DNA of 34,999 bases from Bacteroidota bacterium (GTDB lineage Bacteria > Bacteroidota > Bacteroidia > Bacteroidales > CAJPTX01). The translations under genes were made by a program, and so were the position numbers. Positions 16,769 through 25,068 of the stretch are shown piece after piece (positions within the stretch are counted from its first letter, which is position 1; every line of letters begins with the position of its first letter). The notes beneath the pieces were generated by a model, which ran no database searches, had not been told where the DNA came from, and was given only the letters and a program-made list of their open reading frames with translations. The stretch spans positions 1 to 34,999 of the forward strand of contig PDRH01000025.1 of NCBI GenBank assembly GCA_002748015.1, written 5' to 3'.

Positions 16769-16776
16769 CAAAGGTA
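16769..16776 (-). promoter_or_regulatory. -7 box (TAnnTTTG) for tRNA-Cys
   Basis: The minus strand reads CCTACCTTTGCGGCGTTCCAGCAG followed directly by the tRNA 5' end. Confidence 0.45.
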
Positions 16777-16998
16777 GGACGTTTTTCCGAAATACAAAAC
16801 CCTGGGGCGTATTGCGGGGCAATTACATAGCAAGTTTACCCCTATTCTAGATACCCGCTCGGCATTCTGGGCATGCGCCAGGACGCTAATACACCAAATT
16901 GATGTAATTCTACTGCTGATACCGAACAATGAGACGGGCTAAAGCCAGAAAATGGGCAACTTTTTTGCATAGCGTTTGCCTATTAGCTTTCTTTTACA

Positions 16999-17006
16999 TA
17001 CATTTG
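16999..17006 (+). promoter_or_regulatory. Possible -7 box (TAnnTTTG)
   Basis: TACATACATTTGCAC, ~110 nt upstream of ATG 17119. Confidence 0.3.
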
Positions 17007-17118
17007 CACTTAAAGATGAGGTGACAGACGGCAGTAGAGTGCTTTCTATCGGGTTTCAGACTCCTAGAAGTGGGTTCCGAGCCGTGTCTGCAAATGTAAA
17101 CAGTAAATAAGGAGAACT

Positions 17119-20100
17119 ATGAGACGAATACGCTATTCATTACTACTGCTGGCCACCCTGCTGGTGGTTCTTACCCCCGGGGCGTGGGCCACGGAGATAA
17201 CAATAGGCCCCATTACGTATGAGATTGTTGGGAATGAGGCGCACGTTAAGAAGTGGGATCAGAACAGCACGGAGACTAGCTTCACTATCCCTGGCGTGGT
17301 GGATGGGGACAAGACCGTCACGAAGATTCTGGACAAAGCGATTATCTCTAATAAACTGACGTTCCTGTACATCCCCGGCACAGTTAAGCATATCGGGAAT
17401 CAGGCCGTGAATTGCGATAAACTGGGCGAGATATCGCTCAACGAGGGGCTGGAGAGCCTGGCCGATGAGGCCTTCTACCCGTCCAAGCTGACGGAGGTGT
17501 GGCTTCCGGCCTCCGTGAAAGAGATCGGCTATGACCCATTCCATTCAAGTGTACTCACGAAGATAGACGTGGCGTCGGGCAATACGCACTTCAGCGAGTA
17601 CAATGATGATGGGGTACTCTACAGCAAGGATTTGTCCCGGCTGATACAGTACCCCGCGGCCAAGGCGGATGCATCGTACACGCTCCCCTCGGCAACTCGC
17701 ACCATCGGGAGATACGCCATGGCGAATGCTAAGCTTGAGGCGCTCACGCTCAACGAGGGGCTGGAAAAGATCGAGAAGAAGGGGCTATTCTGGATGAGGA
17801 ACTTAACATCGCTTAGCCTCCCCTCCACGCTGACGACGCTGAAATGGCAGGCTCTTAAGCGATGCCTCCGGCTCGAGAACCTCCACATCGGCAAGGGGCT
17901 TTCCGCGATAGGCAACGAGGTGTTCTCTGATTGCAACCGCCTGCAGCAGTTCACGATAAATGCAGAGAATCCGAACTACACGGTAGAGGATGGGGTGCTC
18001 TACAACAAGCAGCTGACGCGGCTGATCAAGTATCCCGCCGGGAAGACCAACACGGAGTACGAGATTGTCAGTACGACAAAGAAAATGGATGGTGGTGCCT
18101 TCATGGGGAATACGCATCTCCAGCGGGTGGTGATCCCGGAGGGATGTACAAGCGTGAGCTTGAAACTATTCATGCAATGCAGCGCACTGGAGGAGTGCAC
18201 GCTCCCCTCGACCATCACTAGCATCGGCCAGTTCGCTTTCTGGGGAACTAATATCACCTCGCTTACCATCCCGGCCGGTATCAAAAGCCTCGACACGCAT
18301 AATATCGGATTGAACAAGACGACGGAACTGACGATACTGGCACGGGATCCCGCCACAATAACGACAGTAAATAATAATAGCTTCACTCTGACGATGATTC
18401 AGAAGTGTACGCTCAAGGTTCCCTACGGGTCGAAGGGGCTCTACGAAGCCCATCCGACCTTCAAGCTCTTTGAGAATGTAGGGCAGGGCATTGTGGAGCT
18501 ACCCGAGGTGAAAGTGGCTGAGGTTAGCTTTGACCTGGGCGACGAGGTGGACATCACGGTGGGCGAGGAGAAGGCCCTACCGACGACCATCAACCCCTTG
18601 AATGCGGACAACAAGAACCTCTTCTGGAAGTCGAGCGATACGAACGTAGCGACCGTAACCCAGGAGGGCAAGGTAAACGGCGTGTCGAAGGGGGATGCGA
18701 CGATAACCGTAACGGCCACCGGTAGCTCGGTGGAGGCGACGTGTACGGTGCATGTCCTGGACAACGTCATTGCCGTTACGAGCGTTACGGTTAGCCCCCA
18801 GGGGGAGACCATCTACGTAGGGGATCCCCTGCAGCTTACAGCCACAGTAGAGCCGAACAACGCCACGGGGGCAAGCTCGGTGGTGTGGACGAGTGCGGAC
18901 GAGAGCGTTGCTACGGTGAATCCCACCACCGGCCAGGTGACGGGGGTCGGACACGGCTCGACGGACATAACGGCAACAGCAGGCGGGGTGAGTGGCACTA
19001 CGACGGTTAACGTCAGGATCTTCAACTCGGTACTCGGCTTCGCCATAACGCCGACAGTGCTGCAGCTGGCCGTCAACGGCGAGGAAACGCTCATGCCAGT
19101 CTTCACACCGAGTAATGCGACTAACCAGAAGGTCAGCTGGGCCAGCTCGGATGCCAGCATTGCGAGCGTGGACGATGCGGGGAAGGTTACGGCCAAGCAA
19201 GAGGGTACGGCCACCATCACCGGCACGACTGAGGATGGCGGGCTACAGGCCACCTGCGCTGTTACCGTAGGCGACAAGATAACGAACATCACCCTCGTTC
19301 CAGCAACGAAGACCCTGAAGGTGGGTGAAGATGTGGCGGTGAGCGCAGCGGTAGAACCCGCCACCTCAACAGCCAAACTCCTTTGGAACAGCTCGGATGC
19401 GAGCGTTGCGACGGTTAGTGTAGACCCCAACGATAGCCACCTGGCCAACATTAAGGCCGTGGGCGAAGGGGAGTGCGACATCACGGCCAGCTCACCGGAC
19501 GGAACGGTTGCTGGTACATGCCACATAGTGGCCGAACCTGTGGCCGTAACGGGCATCAACATCACCCCGGAAACCTACGAGCTACAGGTGGACGAGACCG
19601 CCACCCCAACGGTAAGCATCGAGCCGAGCAATGCTACGAATAAAGGGGTAAGCTGGTCTGTCGCCCCAGCCGGCCTGGCGAAGGTTACCGGCGGGAAGAT
19701 TATCGCAATGAGCGCGGGGACTGCGACCCTGACTGCGACCACGGAGGATGGTGGCTTCACGGCCACTTGCACGGTAGAGATTAGCGACAAGCCAACAGGC
19801 TGGGTAGATGTAGATGGCGTTTCGCTGGACGCCACGGCCCTGGAGATGAAGGTGGGCGAGGAGAAGAGCCTCGTGGCTACCGTAGAGCCCGAGGATGCCA
19901 GCGACAAGACGGTAAGTTGGGAAAGCGACAATGAGGACGTAATCACCGTGGATACGGAGGGCAAGCTTACGGCCGTGGGTACTGGTACGGCGATTGTTAC
20001 CGTGACCACGAAGCATGGTATGCAGACGGCGGAATGCACGGTGAATGTATATGCGGCAACCCCTGTGGAGAGCGTTTCGCTGGATGCGACCAGCCTGGAG

Positions 20101-20583
20101 CTAAAGGTAGGCGAGGAGAAGAGCCTCGTGGCTACGATAGCCCCGGAAGATGCTACCATCAAGACAGTAAGCTGGGCCAGCAGCGACGAGAGCGTGGCCA
20201 CCGTGGATGCGAGCGGTAAGGTCGTTGCTGTGGCGGCCGGTACGGCGACGATTACGGTTACCACAGTAAGCGGTGCGAAGAGCGCCGACTGTACGGTAAC
20301 GGTGGCTACAATAGAGGGGGAAACACCTATAGTAGACAAGAAAGGGATGCCCGTAGAGCTAGCTCAGGGCAAGCGGATTACGGTTACGCCCAACCCGGCC
20401 GGGGGCACGATTAGCGTCGAGGGCCTTGAGGCCGGTGTAGAGGTCTGCGTATATAGCGCGATGGGGCAGCTGATGATGCGCCAGGTTCTCGCTCCGGCTG
20501 GGAGGATGGACATCAGCCAGCTGGCGCCGGGCCTCTACGTGCTACGTGCCAATGGGGCGGCGGTACGCTTCGTCAAGCAGTAG
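17119..20583 (+). CDS. BspA-like surface protein: signal peptide, BspA-type leucine-rich repeats, 7 Big_2 Ig-like domains and a T9SS C-terminal sorting domain
   Basis: 1154 aa. Signal peptide MRRIRYSLLLLATLLVVLTPGAWA. Residues ~25-460 are LRR_5-type repeats (...L..I.IP..V..IG..AF..C..L...). Seven repeats of ~85 aa follow the pattern V.V.P....L.VGE...L.A.V.P..A.N..V.W.SSD..VATVD..GKVTAV..G.A.IT.T. The C-terminus ...ISQLAPGLYVLRANGAAVRFVKQ is Por_Secre_tail-like. Confidence 0.9.
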   Translation: MRRIRYSLLLLATLLVVLTPGAWATEITIGPITYEIVGNEAHVKKWDQNSTETSFTIPGVVDGDKTVTKILDKAIISNKLTFLYIPGTVKHIGNQAVNCDKLGEISLNEGLESLADEAFYPSKLTEVWLPASVKEIGYDPFHSSVLTKIDVASGNTHFSEYNDDGVLYSKDLSRLIQYPAAKADASYTLPSATRTIGRYAMANAKLEALTLNEGLEKIEKKGLFWMRNLTSLSLPSTLTTLKWQALKRCLRLENLHIGKGLSAIGNEVFSDCNRLQQFTINAENPNYTVEDGVLYNKQLTRLIKYPAGKTNTEYEIVSTTKKMDGGAFMGNTHLQRVVIPEGCTSVSLKLFMQCSALEECTLPSTITSIGQFAFWGTNITSLTIPAGIKSLDTHNIGLNKTTELTILARDPATITTVNNNSFTLTMIQKCTLKVPYGSKGLYEAHPTFKLFENVGQGIVELPEVKVAEVSFDLGDEVDITVGEEKALPTTINPLNADNKNLFWKSSDTNVATVTQEGKVNGVSKGDATITVTATGSSVEATCTVHVLDNVIAVTSVTVSPQGETIYVGDPLQLTATVEPNNATGASSVVWTSADESVATVNPTTGQVTGVGHGSTDITATAGGVSGTTTVNVRIFNSVLGFAITPTVLQLAVNGEETLMPVFTPSNATNQKVSWASSDASIASVDDAGKVTAKQEGTATITGTTEDGGLQATCAVTVGDKITNITLVPATKTLKVGEDVAVSAAVEPATSTAKLLWNSSDASVATVSVDPNDSHLANIKAVGEGECDITASSPDGTVAGTCHIVAEPVAVTGINITPETYELQVDETATPTVSIEPSNATNKGVSWSVAPAGLAKVTGGKIIAMSAGTATLTATTEDGGFTATCTVEISDKPTGWVDVDGVSLDATALEMKVGEEKSLVATVEPEDASDKTVSWESDNEDVITVDTEGKLTAVGTGTAIVTVTTKHGMQTAECTVNVYAATPVESVSLDATSLELKVGEEKSLVATIAPEDATIKTVSWASSDESVATVDASGKVVAVAAGTATITVTTVSGAKSADCTVTVATIEGETPIVDKKGMPVELAQGKRITVTPNPAGGTISVEGLEAGVEVCVYSAMGQLMMRQVLAPAGRMDISQLAPGLYVLRANGAAVRFVKQ

Positions 20584-20624
20584 GTGTAGCAACTGACTAG
20601 CGGTCTATCTAGACCACAATGCAA

Positions 20625-20657
20625 CGCCCCGAGGTTCAGGCCTCGGGGCGTTTTTCG
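20625..20657 (+). terminator. Intrinsic terminator
   Basis: ACGCCCCGAGG-TTCAGG-CCTCGGGGCGT (11-bp stem) followed by TTTTT. Confidence 0.8.
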
Positions 20658-20678
20658 TCTGCTCCCCCCTTTTTCATT

Positions 20679-20686
20679 ACCTTTGC
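20679..20686 (+). promoter_or_regulatory. -7 box (TAnnTTTG) for purE-rsmA
   Basis: TTTTTCATTACCTTTGCGCC, ~47 nt upstream of ATG 20733. Confidence 0.45.
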
Positions 20687-20732
20687 GCCAGAATATCAAC
20701 TCCCCACCCCCAAACGGAAAGCAAGAAAGAGC

Positions 20733-21260
20733 ATGAGCAAATCCAATCTGAAGCCCCGCGTATCGATTATCATGGGTTCAACCTCCGACTTCGGTGTAAT
20801 GCGTAAGGCCGCCGAGTTCCTCGACGAGCTGGAGGTTCCCTTTGAAATAAACGCCCTCTCTGCACACCGCACCCCGGAGCTGGTGGCCGAGTTTGCCCGT
20901 ACGGCTGAGGAGCGTGGGGTACAGGTCATCATCGCCGCCGCCGGGGGAGCCGCCCACCTACCGGGGGTAATTGCCGCCCAGACCGTACTTCCCGTCATCG
21001 GGGTGCCCATCCGCTCTTCGAACTCTGTAGTGGGGCTGGATTCCATCCTCTCCATCCTGCAGATGCCATCGGGCATACCGGTTGCCACGGTGGCCATCGA
21101 TGGTTCTACCAACGCCGCCATCCTGGCCTGCGAGATGATCGCACTGGCTGACCCGGCTATCCGGGCCAAGGTGCATGCGTACAAGAACCAGCTGGCCGAG
21201 AAGATAGAGAAGGCGAACAGGGATCTGGCCAGCGAGGAGTTCAAGTTCCGCTGCAACTAG
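20733..21260 (+). CDS. purE: 5-(carboxyamino)imidazole ribonucleotide mutase
   Basis: Track ORF 20619..21260. The start is placed at ATG 20733 because the upstream part covers the terminator and promoter. MSKSNLKPRVSIIMGSTSDFGVMRKAAEFLDELEVPFEINALSAHRTPE...AGGAAHLPGVIAAQTVLPVIGVP are PurE signatures. Confidence 0.93.
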   Translation: MSKSNLKPRVSIIMGSTSDFGVMRKAAEFLDELEVPFEINALSAHRTPELVAEFARTAEERGVQVIIAAAGGAAHLPGVIAAQTVLPVIGVPIRSSNSVVGLDSILSILQMPSGIPVATVAIDGSTNAAILACEMIALADPAIRAKVHAYKNQLAEKIEKANRDLASEEFKFRCN

Positions 21261-21271
21261 CAAAAGGGTAA

Positions 21272-22168
21272 ATGGCGAAGTGGCAGCTCGGGGACGACCC
21301 GAAGTGGAACGATAAGGGCCGAAAGCAGTCCGTACAGAAGAGCAAGGCGCAACGGGAGGGTAAGGGGACGAGACGGACGGAGGTCCGGGCGAAGAAGCAA
21401 CTCGGCCAGCACTTCCTGAGCGATGAGACCGCAGCGCAGACCATTGTAGACCGCCTAGAGGGGCTAGGGGAAGGGTCTATAGTGGAGATAGGCCCGGGGA
21501 TGGGGGTAATCACCCACGGGCTGCTGGCTCGCTTCGGGGAACGACTACACTGCCTGGAGCTGGATAGGGAGTCGGTGGACTACCTACGCGGCCGGCTACC
21601 CGAGCTTAGCCCCCGCCTGCATGAGGCGGATTGCCTGAGCTTCGACCTCAATGCCCTACCCGGAGGGGTTAGCGGCATGGCGGGCAACCTCCCCTACAAC
21701 ATCTCCTCGCAGATACTGTTCCAGGTGTACGACCATCGGCAGTCAGTGCAGGAGTGCGTATTCATGCTGCAGCGCGAGGTGGCCGAACGGATAGCCGCTA
21801 CGCCAGGTGGACGGGAGCGTGGCATCCTGTCGGTGCTGCTGCAGGCCTACTACGACATCTCCTTCGTGCTAACGCTACCACCCGAGGCCTTCACGCCACC
21901 GCCGAAGGTGCACTCGTCGGTCATCTACATGCGACGGAATACGGTAGAACGGCTTGCGTGCGACGAGTCGCTCTTCAAGCAGGTGGTAAAGGCGAGCTTC
22001 AGCCAGCGACGGAAGACCCTTAAGAACTCGCTCTACGCCGGATTACCAGCGGTGCAGAGAAAGCCGGGCTTTGATGGTCTCCCCTACCTGGGGCAACGGG
22101 CAGAAACACTCTCCGTGGAGCAGTTCGTGGAGCTAACCAACGCTGTGAAAGGGGTTATAGGGGGCTAG
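21272..22168 (+). CDS. rsmA: 16S rRNA (adenine1518/1519-N6)-dimethyltransferase
   Basis: ...KKQLGQHFLSDETAAQTIVDRL...VEIGPGMGVITHGL (SAM motif)...GNLPYNISSQILF... There is a ~40-aa basic N-terminal extension if ATG 21272 is used. Confidence 0.9.
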   Translation: MAKWQLGDDPKWNDKGRKQSVQKSKAQREGKGTRRTEVRAKKQLGQHFLSDETAAQTIVDRLEGLGEGSIVEIGPGMGVITHGLLARFGERLHCLELDRESVDYLRGRLPELSPRLHEADCLSFDLNALPGGVSGMAGNLPYNISSQILFQVYDHRQSVQECVFMLQREVAERIAATPGGRERGILSVLLQAYYDISFVLTLPPEAFTPPPKVHSSVIYMRRNTVERLACDESLFKQVVKASFSQRRKTLKNSLYAGLPAVQRKPGFDGLPYLGQRAETLSVEQFVELTNAVKGVIGG

Positions 22169-23298
22169 GTGAAGAGGCGCTCCCTGAGCCAAACTCGTAG
22201 GAGAGGGTCACAGATGAATACCGCGCCGCTCTGCTGGTCTATGAGCTCCTTGCCCAGCAGAGCGCCCTTCACACGGCTGACGTTGGCCGATGATCCCAGG
22301 CGATAGGCCTCTATCAGTTCACGCTTTGCGAGGCCTTCGGTGTGCCCATCAAGCACCGCCTTGAGGAAGTTCAACTGGTAGCTACTCAATCCTTCTGTCT
22401 GCTTCTCGAAGAGGGGGGAGTTCTGCTCTAGCAAGCGCTGTAGGGCCGCCTCAAACTGCTCTTCGGTGGCAGTTTCCTGCGTCTGCACCCATACCAACCA
22501 GGCGAGCTGCTGAACGTAGGAGGAATGCCTATCGACCACCTCGGCGATACGGGATGCTAAGGCTGAGGGAATTGATTTCCCTGTCTTCTGAAAGCGTAGA
22601 CATATGTAGTCCACCCAGTCCTGGGCTGGTATCCTCTCGAGGTGGAGGGTATCCCCGAACTTGTAGAACGGTAGATCGCTCTTCTCAAAGAGCTCATGCA
22701 TCAGGTGCTTCCGGCTACCAAACAGGCAGTAGCTCGTGGACTGCTGGAGCTGCCATACGCTACGTAGGCGCTTCTGGAAGGCCATAGCATCCCTGAACTC
22801 GCCGATTTGCTGGAACTCGTCTATGCATACGACTATGCGGCAAGCCTTGCGCTGGGCTATCTTCTCTGGCAGATTGAGGACATCCTCGGCGAGTGGCTGC
22901 TCCCCCTTAAAGTCTAGGGCCAGAGTTACGTCCATGCCGCCCCCATCGCCGAGGGAGAGGCTAGGGCTAAGACGAGCGAGGAAATCCTTAGCGTGTGCGA
23001 AGTACTCCTCCAGGCGGTTGGCCGTCTGCTTGAGGACAGCCCTTGCGAACTGCCGGTAGAAGTCCTCCTCGTCGCGGCAGGAGAATATGTCGAGGTATAC
23101 CACAAGCAAATCGGACGACTGGGCCTGCTCCACCGCTCGCCGGACTAGGGAAGTCTTGCCCCACCGCCTGGGGGATATGAGTATGGTGTTGATCCCGTGC
23201 CTGAAGTTGGTAAGAAGGTGGGCTGTTTCCTCCACGCGGTCTGTAAAGTTCTCCCCAGAGGCAGATGTCCCAAAGACGAAAGGTCGTGCTACTTGCAT
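22165..23298 (-). CDS. ATP-binding protein, Arch_ATPase/ATPase_2-type AAA+ with a C-terminal winged-helix-like region
   Basis: 377 aa. FVFGTSASGENFTDRVEETAHLLTNFRHGINTILISPRRWGKTSL (Walker A) and IVVCIDEFQQI (Walker B). It shares a CTAG double stop with rsmA. Confidence 0.75.
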   Translation of the reverse strand: MQVARPFVFGTSASGENFTDRVEETAHLLTNFRHGINTILISPRRWGKTSLVRRAVEQAQSSDLLVVYLDIFSCRDEEDFYRQFARAVLKQTANRLEEYFAHAKDFLARLSPSLSLGDGGGMDVTLALDFKGEQPLAEDVLNLPEKIAQRKACRIVVCIDEFQQIGEFRDAMAFQKRLRSVWQLQQSTSYCLFGSRKHLMHELFEKSDLPFYKFGDTLHLERIPAQDWVDYICLRFQKTGKSIPSALASRIAEVVDRHSSYVQQLAWLVWVQTQETATEEQFEAALQRLLEQNSPLFEKQTEGLSSYQLNFLKAVLDGHTEGLAKRELIEAYRLGSSANVSRVKGALLGKELIDQQSGAVFICDPLLRVWLRERLFT

Positions 23299-23322
23299 AT
23301 TGCCTGGTTTTTATTGGCTGGG

Positions 23323-23330
23323 CAAAGGTA
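23323..23330 (-). promoter_or_regulatory. -7 box (TAnnTTTG)
   Basis: The minus strand reads GCTACCTTTGCCCAGCC, ~25 nt upstream of ATG 23298. Confidence 0.45.
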
Positions 23331-23343
23331 GCTAACAACTTTG

Positions 23344-23365
23344 TTAGTAACAAGCGTGTTACTAA
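23344..23365. promoter_or_regulatory. Perfect 9-bp inverted repeat (operator-like, or a terminator for the upstream remnant)
   Basis: TTAGTAACA-AGCG-TGTTACTAA, ~15 nt upstream of the -7 box of the ATPase gene and 15 nt downstream of the pseudogene stop. Confidence 0.35.
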
Positions 23366-23379
23366 ACAATCCTTCCAGT

Positions 23380-24096
23380 TTATGGTAGCATGGACTCCAA
23401 ATCTACGCTAAGCGCAAGGGACTGCCCCTCATCCAGAAAGCGCTGAACTACTGCGGGCATCCCCCCCACGACCACGTACAGGCGGAAGAGCTTTAGGAGC
23501 TTGCTATGAATAGTCTCATCGACCCTTTGCCTCTCCTCCCACGCCTTCCTAACAGTCTGGATGACCGCCTCGCCAAGGCCGACAGCCCAGAGGAACTCCT
23601 CAAAATCTAAAGGGTGTATCTGGCGCACAGGCATGTAGCCCACGGGGACAGAGCGAATGTCCTTGAGTAGCACCCCGAGCAGCGAGCCGCTCAGCACGTA
23701 TCGGTAGCTCCCCTCGTCGACAAGGAACTTGATGGCGGTAACGACCTCGGGGCATTCCTGCCCCTCGTCGATGAAGATGAGCGTGTTGCCGGGTATAAGC
23801 TCCTGGGTGGTGAAGGCAGAAAGCCGCAGGAGAATCTCGCGGGCGCTCTTGGGGCGCTGGAAGATGGCCTTGGCCTCGGGGGCCTCCAGAAGGTTTAGCT
23901 CGATGAAGCTCCCATATTTGGCCCTGCCGAAGCGACGGATAGCATGGGTCTTGCCGGTCTACCTGGCACCGCTGATGAGGAGCGCCTTCGTATCAGAGGC
24001 TAAACACCCTTTAAGTAGCTATCTATCTTTCGTCTAAGCATTGGGCTGTCCGCTTTTCCAATGCAAAACTAGGCCCTTTTGTCCGCTTTTCCAAGG
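23380..24096 (-). pseudogene. AAA_14/DUF4143-type ATPase remnant (nonsense codon in Walker A, degraded 5' end, 3' half missing)
   Basis: The minus-strand frame reads ...KALLISGAR*TGKTHAIRRFGRAKYGSFIELNLLEAPEAKAIFQ...LIFIDEGQECPEVVTAIKFLVDEGSYRYVLSGSLLGV... into track ORF 23380..23697. TAG replaces the usual Gln codon of GARQxGKT. It ends after ...GGMPAVVQRFLDEG... with no DUF4143 domain. Confidence 0.7.
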
Positions 24097-24116
24097 TTCT
24101 TGGGGCGTGTACAGGG

Positions 24117-24728
24117 CTAAATCCCCAGCGATAGCCCCACGAAGAAGGGCACGGCGAAGGTCAGGCATACGCCGTGGTAGATGGAGACGATGGCGTACTC
24201 GGGCGAGGTGGCCCTCACTATGAATGGTAGGGTCGTATCCATGCTATTTGCCCCCGCTGCGCAGATGGGTGATACCGGGCCGAAGAACCAGGATATGGGG
24301 GTAGCGAAAATCATGGTGGCCAGCTCGCGCATGATGTTGCTCAGGAGGGCGATAGCCCCCAGAATGGTAGAGTAGCTATTGCTAATCATGACGCTCGATA
24401 GGCTATAGTACCCGAGGCCGCTCGCCACAGCGAGTACCTCCCGCACGGAGAGCTCTGGCACGAGTGGCATGACCACCATCACGCCGAGGAAGGTACCCGT
24501 AAGCGTAACCAGCGGCAGGAGTAGCATCTTCCAGCCCATCTGTCGTACGCGCAGGAGGGTGTCCGTATCGCTCCCGACGACCATCCCCACGAGGAACAGC
24601 AGGGCGTAGAGCGCCCAATCCGTTAGCTGCGGATCGAGCAACCACGCGGGCATCTCCCAGTTGGCACTCAAAAATAAGCCCCCCAGGAAGGGGAGCAGAA
24701 AGCTAGTGCTCGCCAGAAAGTTCTTCAT
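24117..24728 (-). CDS. LysO-family (DUF340) transporter, large subunit/segment
   Basis: 203 aa, polytopic, with ...VASGLGYYSLSSVMI... and ...AAGANSMDTTLPFI..., which are LysO-like motifs. Confidence 0.75.
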   Translation of the reverse strand: MKNFLASTSFLLPFLGGLFLSANWEMPAWLLDPQLTDWALYALLFLVGMVVGSDTDTLLRVRQMGWKMLLLPLVTLTGTFLGVMVVMPLVPELSVREVLAVASGLGYYSLSSVMISNSYSTILGAIALLSNIMRELATMIFATPISWFFGPVSPICAAGANSMDTTLPFIVRATSPEYAIVSIYHGVCLTFAVPFFVGLSLGI

Positions 24729-24759
24729 CCAGTTCTACTATTATCCCTCCGATTTCAAG

Positions 24760-25068
24760 CTAGACCTCATCGTCATCCACCATGTGCGGGTCGCAGGTCC
24801 TGAGCCTCAGCACAAAGCGAGCAAAGAGCCAGGCCATCGCCCCGCTGCCGAGCATGGCCCCGATGGTAAGGATGGTGGCCGTGAGGCCGAACGCCGGTAG
24901 CCTGTCGAATAGCTCCCTATCCGCCCCGATGGAGAGACCGAGGGTAAAAAGCAGCATGTAGACCGCCCAGCTAGACACCAAGCCCGCAACCTTTATGGCC
25001 TGCCTAAAGCGGCGGAGAAGATAGCCAACCGCCATCCCACCGACCATCATGGCGATGAGTACTACCAT
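24760..25068 (-). CDS. LysO-family (DUF340) transporter, small N-terminal segment
   Basis: 102 aa with 3 TM helices (MVVLIAMMVGGMAVGYLLRR...LFTLGLSIGAD...). This split arrangement with the downstream 203-aa gene is common in Bacteroidota. Confidence 0.7.
   Translation of the reverse strand: MVVLIAMMVGGMAVGYLLRRFRQAIKVAGLVSSWAVYMLLFTLGLSIGADRELFDRLPAFGLTATILTIGAMLGSGAMAWLFARFVLRLRTCDPHMVDDDEV

Noticed and set aside
16690-16929. A 79-aa minus-strand ORF
   Set aside because: It runs through tRNA-Cys and its promoter, so it is an artefact.
18511-20310. A regular ~255-nt periodic repeat that could superficially suggest a repeat array or CRISPR
   Set aside because: The period is far too long and the units are in-frame protein domains (Big_2) inside one ORF. 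No short direct repeats with unique spacers occur anywhere in the window.
18813-20339. Two ~250-aa minus-strand ORFs (18813..19565 and 19575..20339), plus others between 17143 and 19200
   Set aside because: These are antisense to the Big_2 repeat region of the 1154-aa surface protein. Their Val/Thr/Ala/Ser-rich composition simply mirrors the repeats. They have no independent start or promoter evidence.
20696-21513. Minus-strand ORFs 20696..21256, 20958..21263 and 21241..21513
   Set aside because: These are antisense to purE and rsmA, both of which carry strong family signatures.
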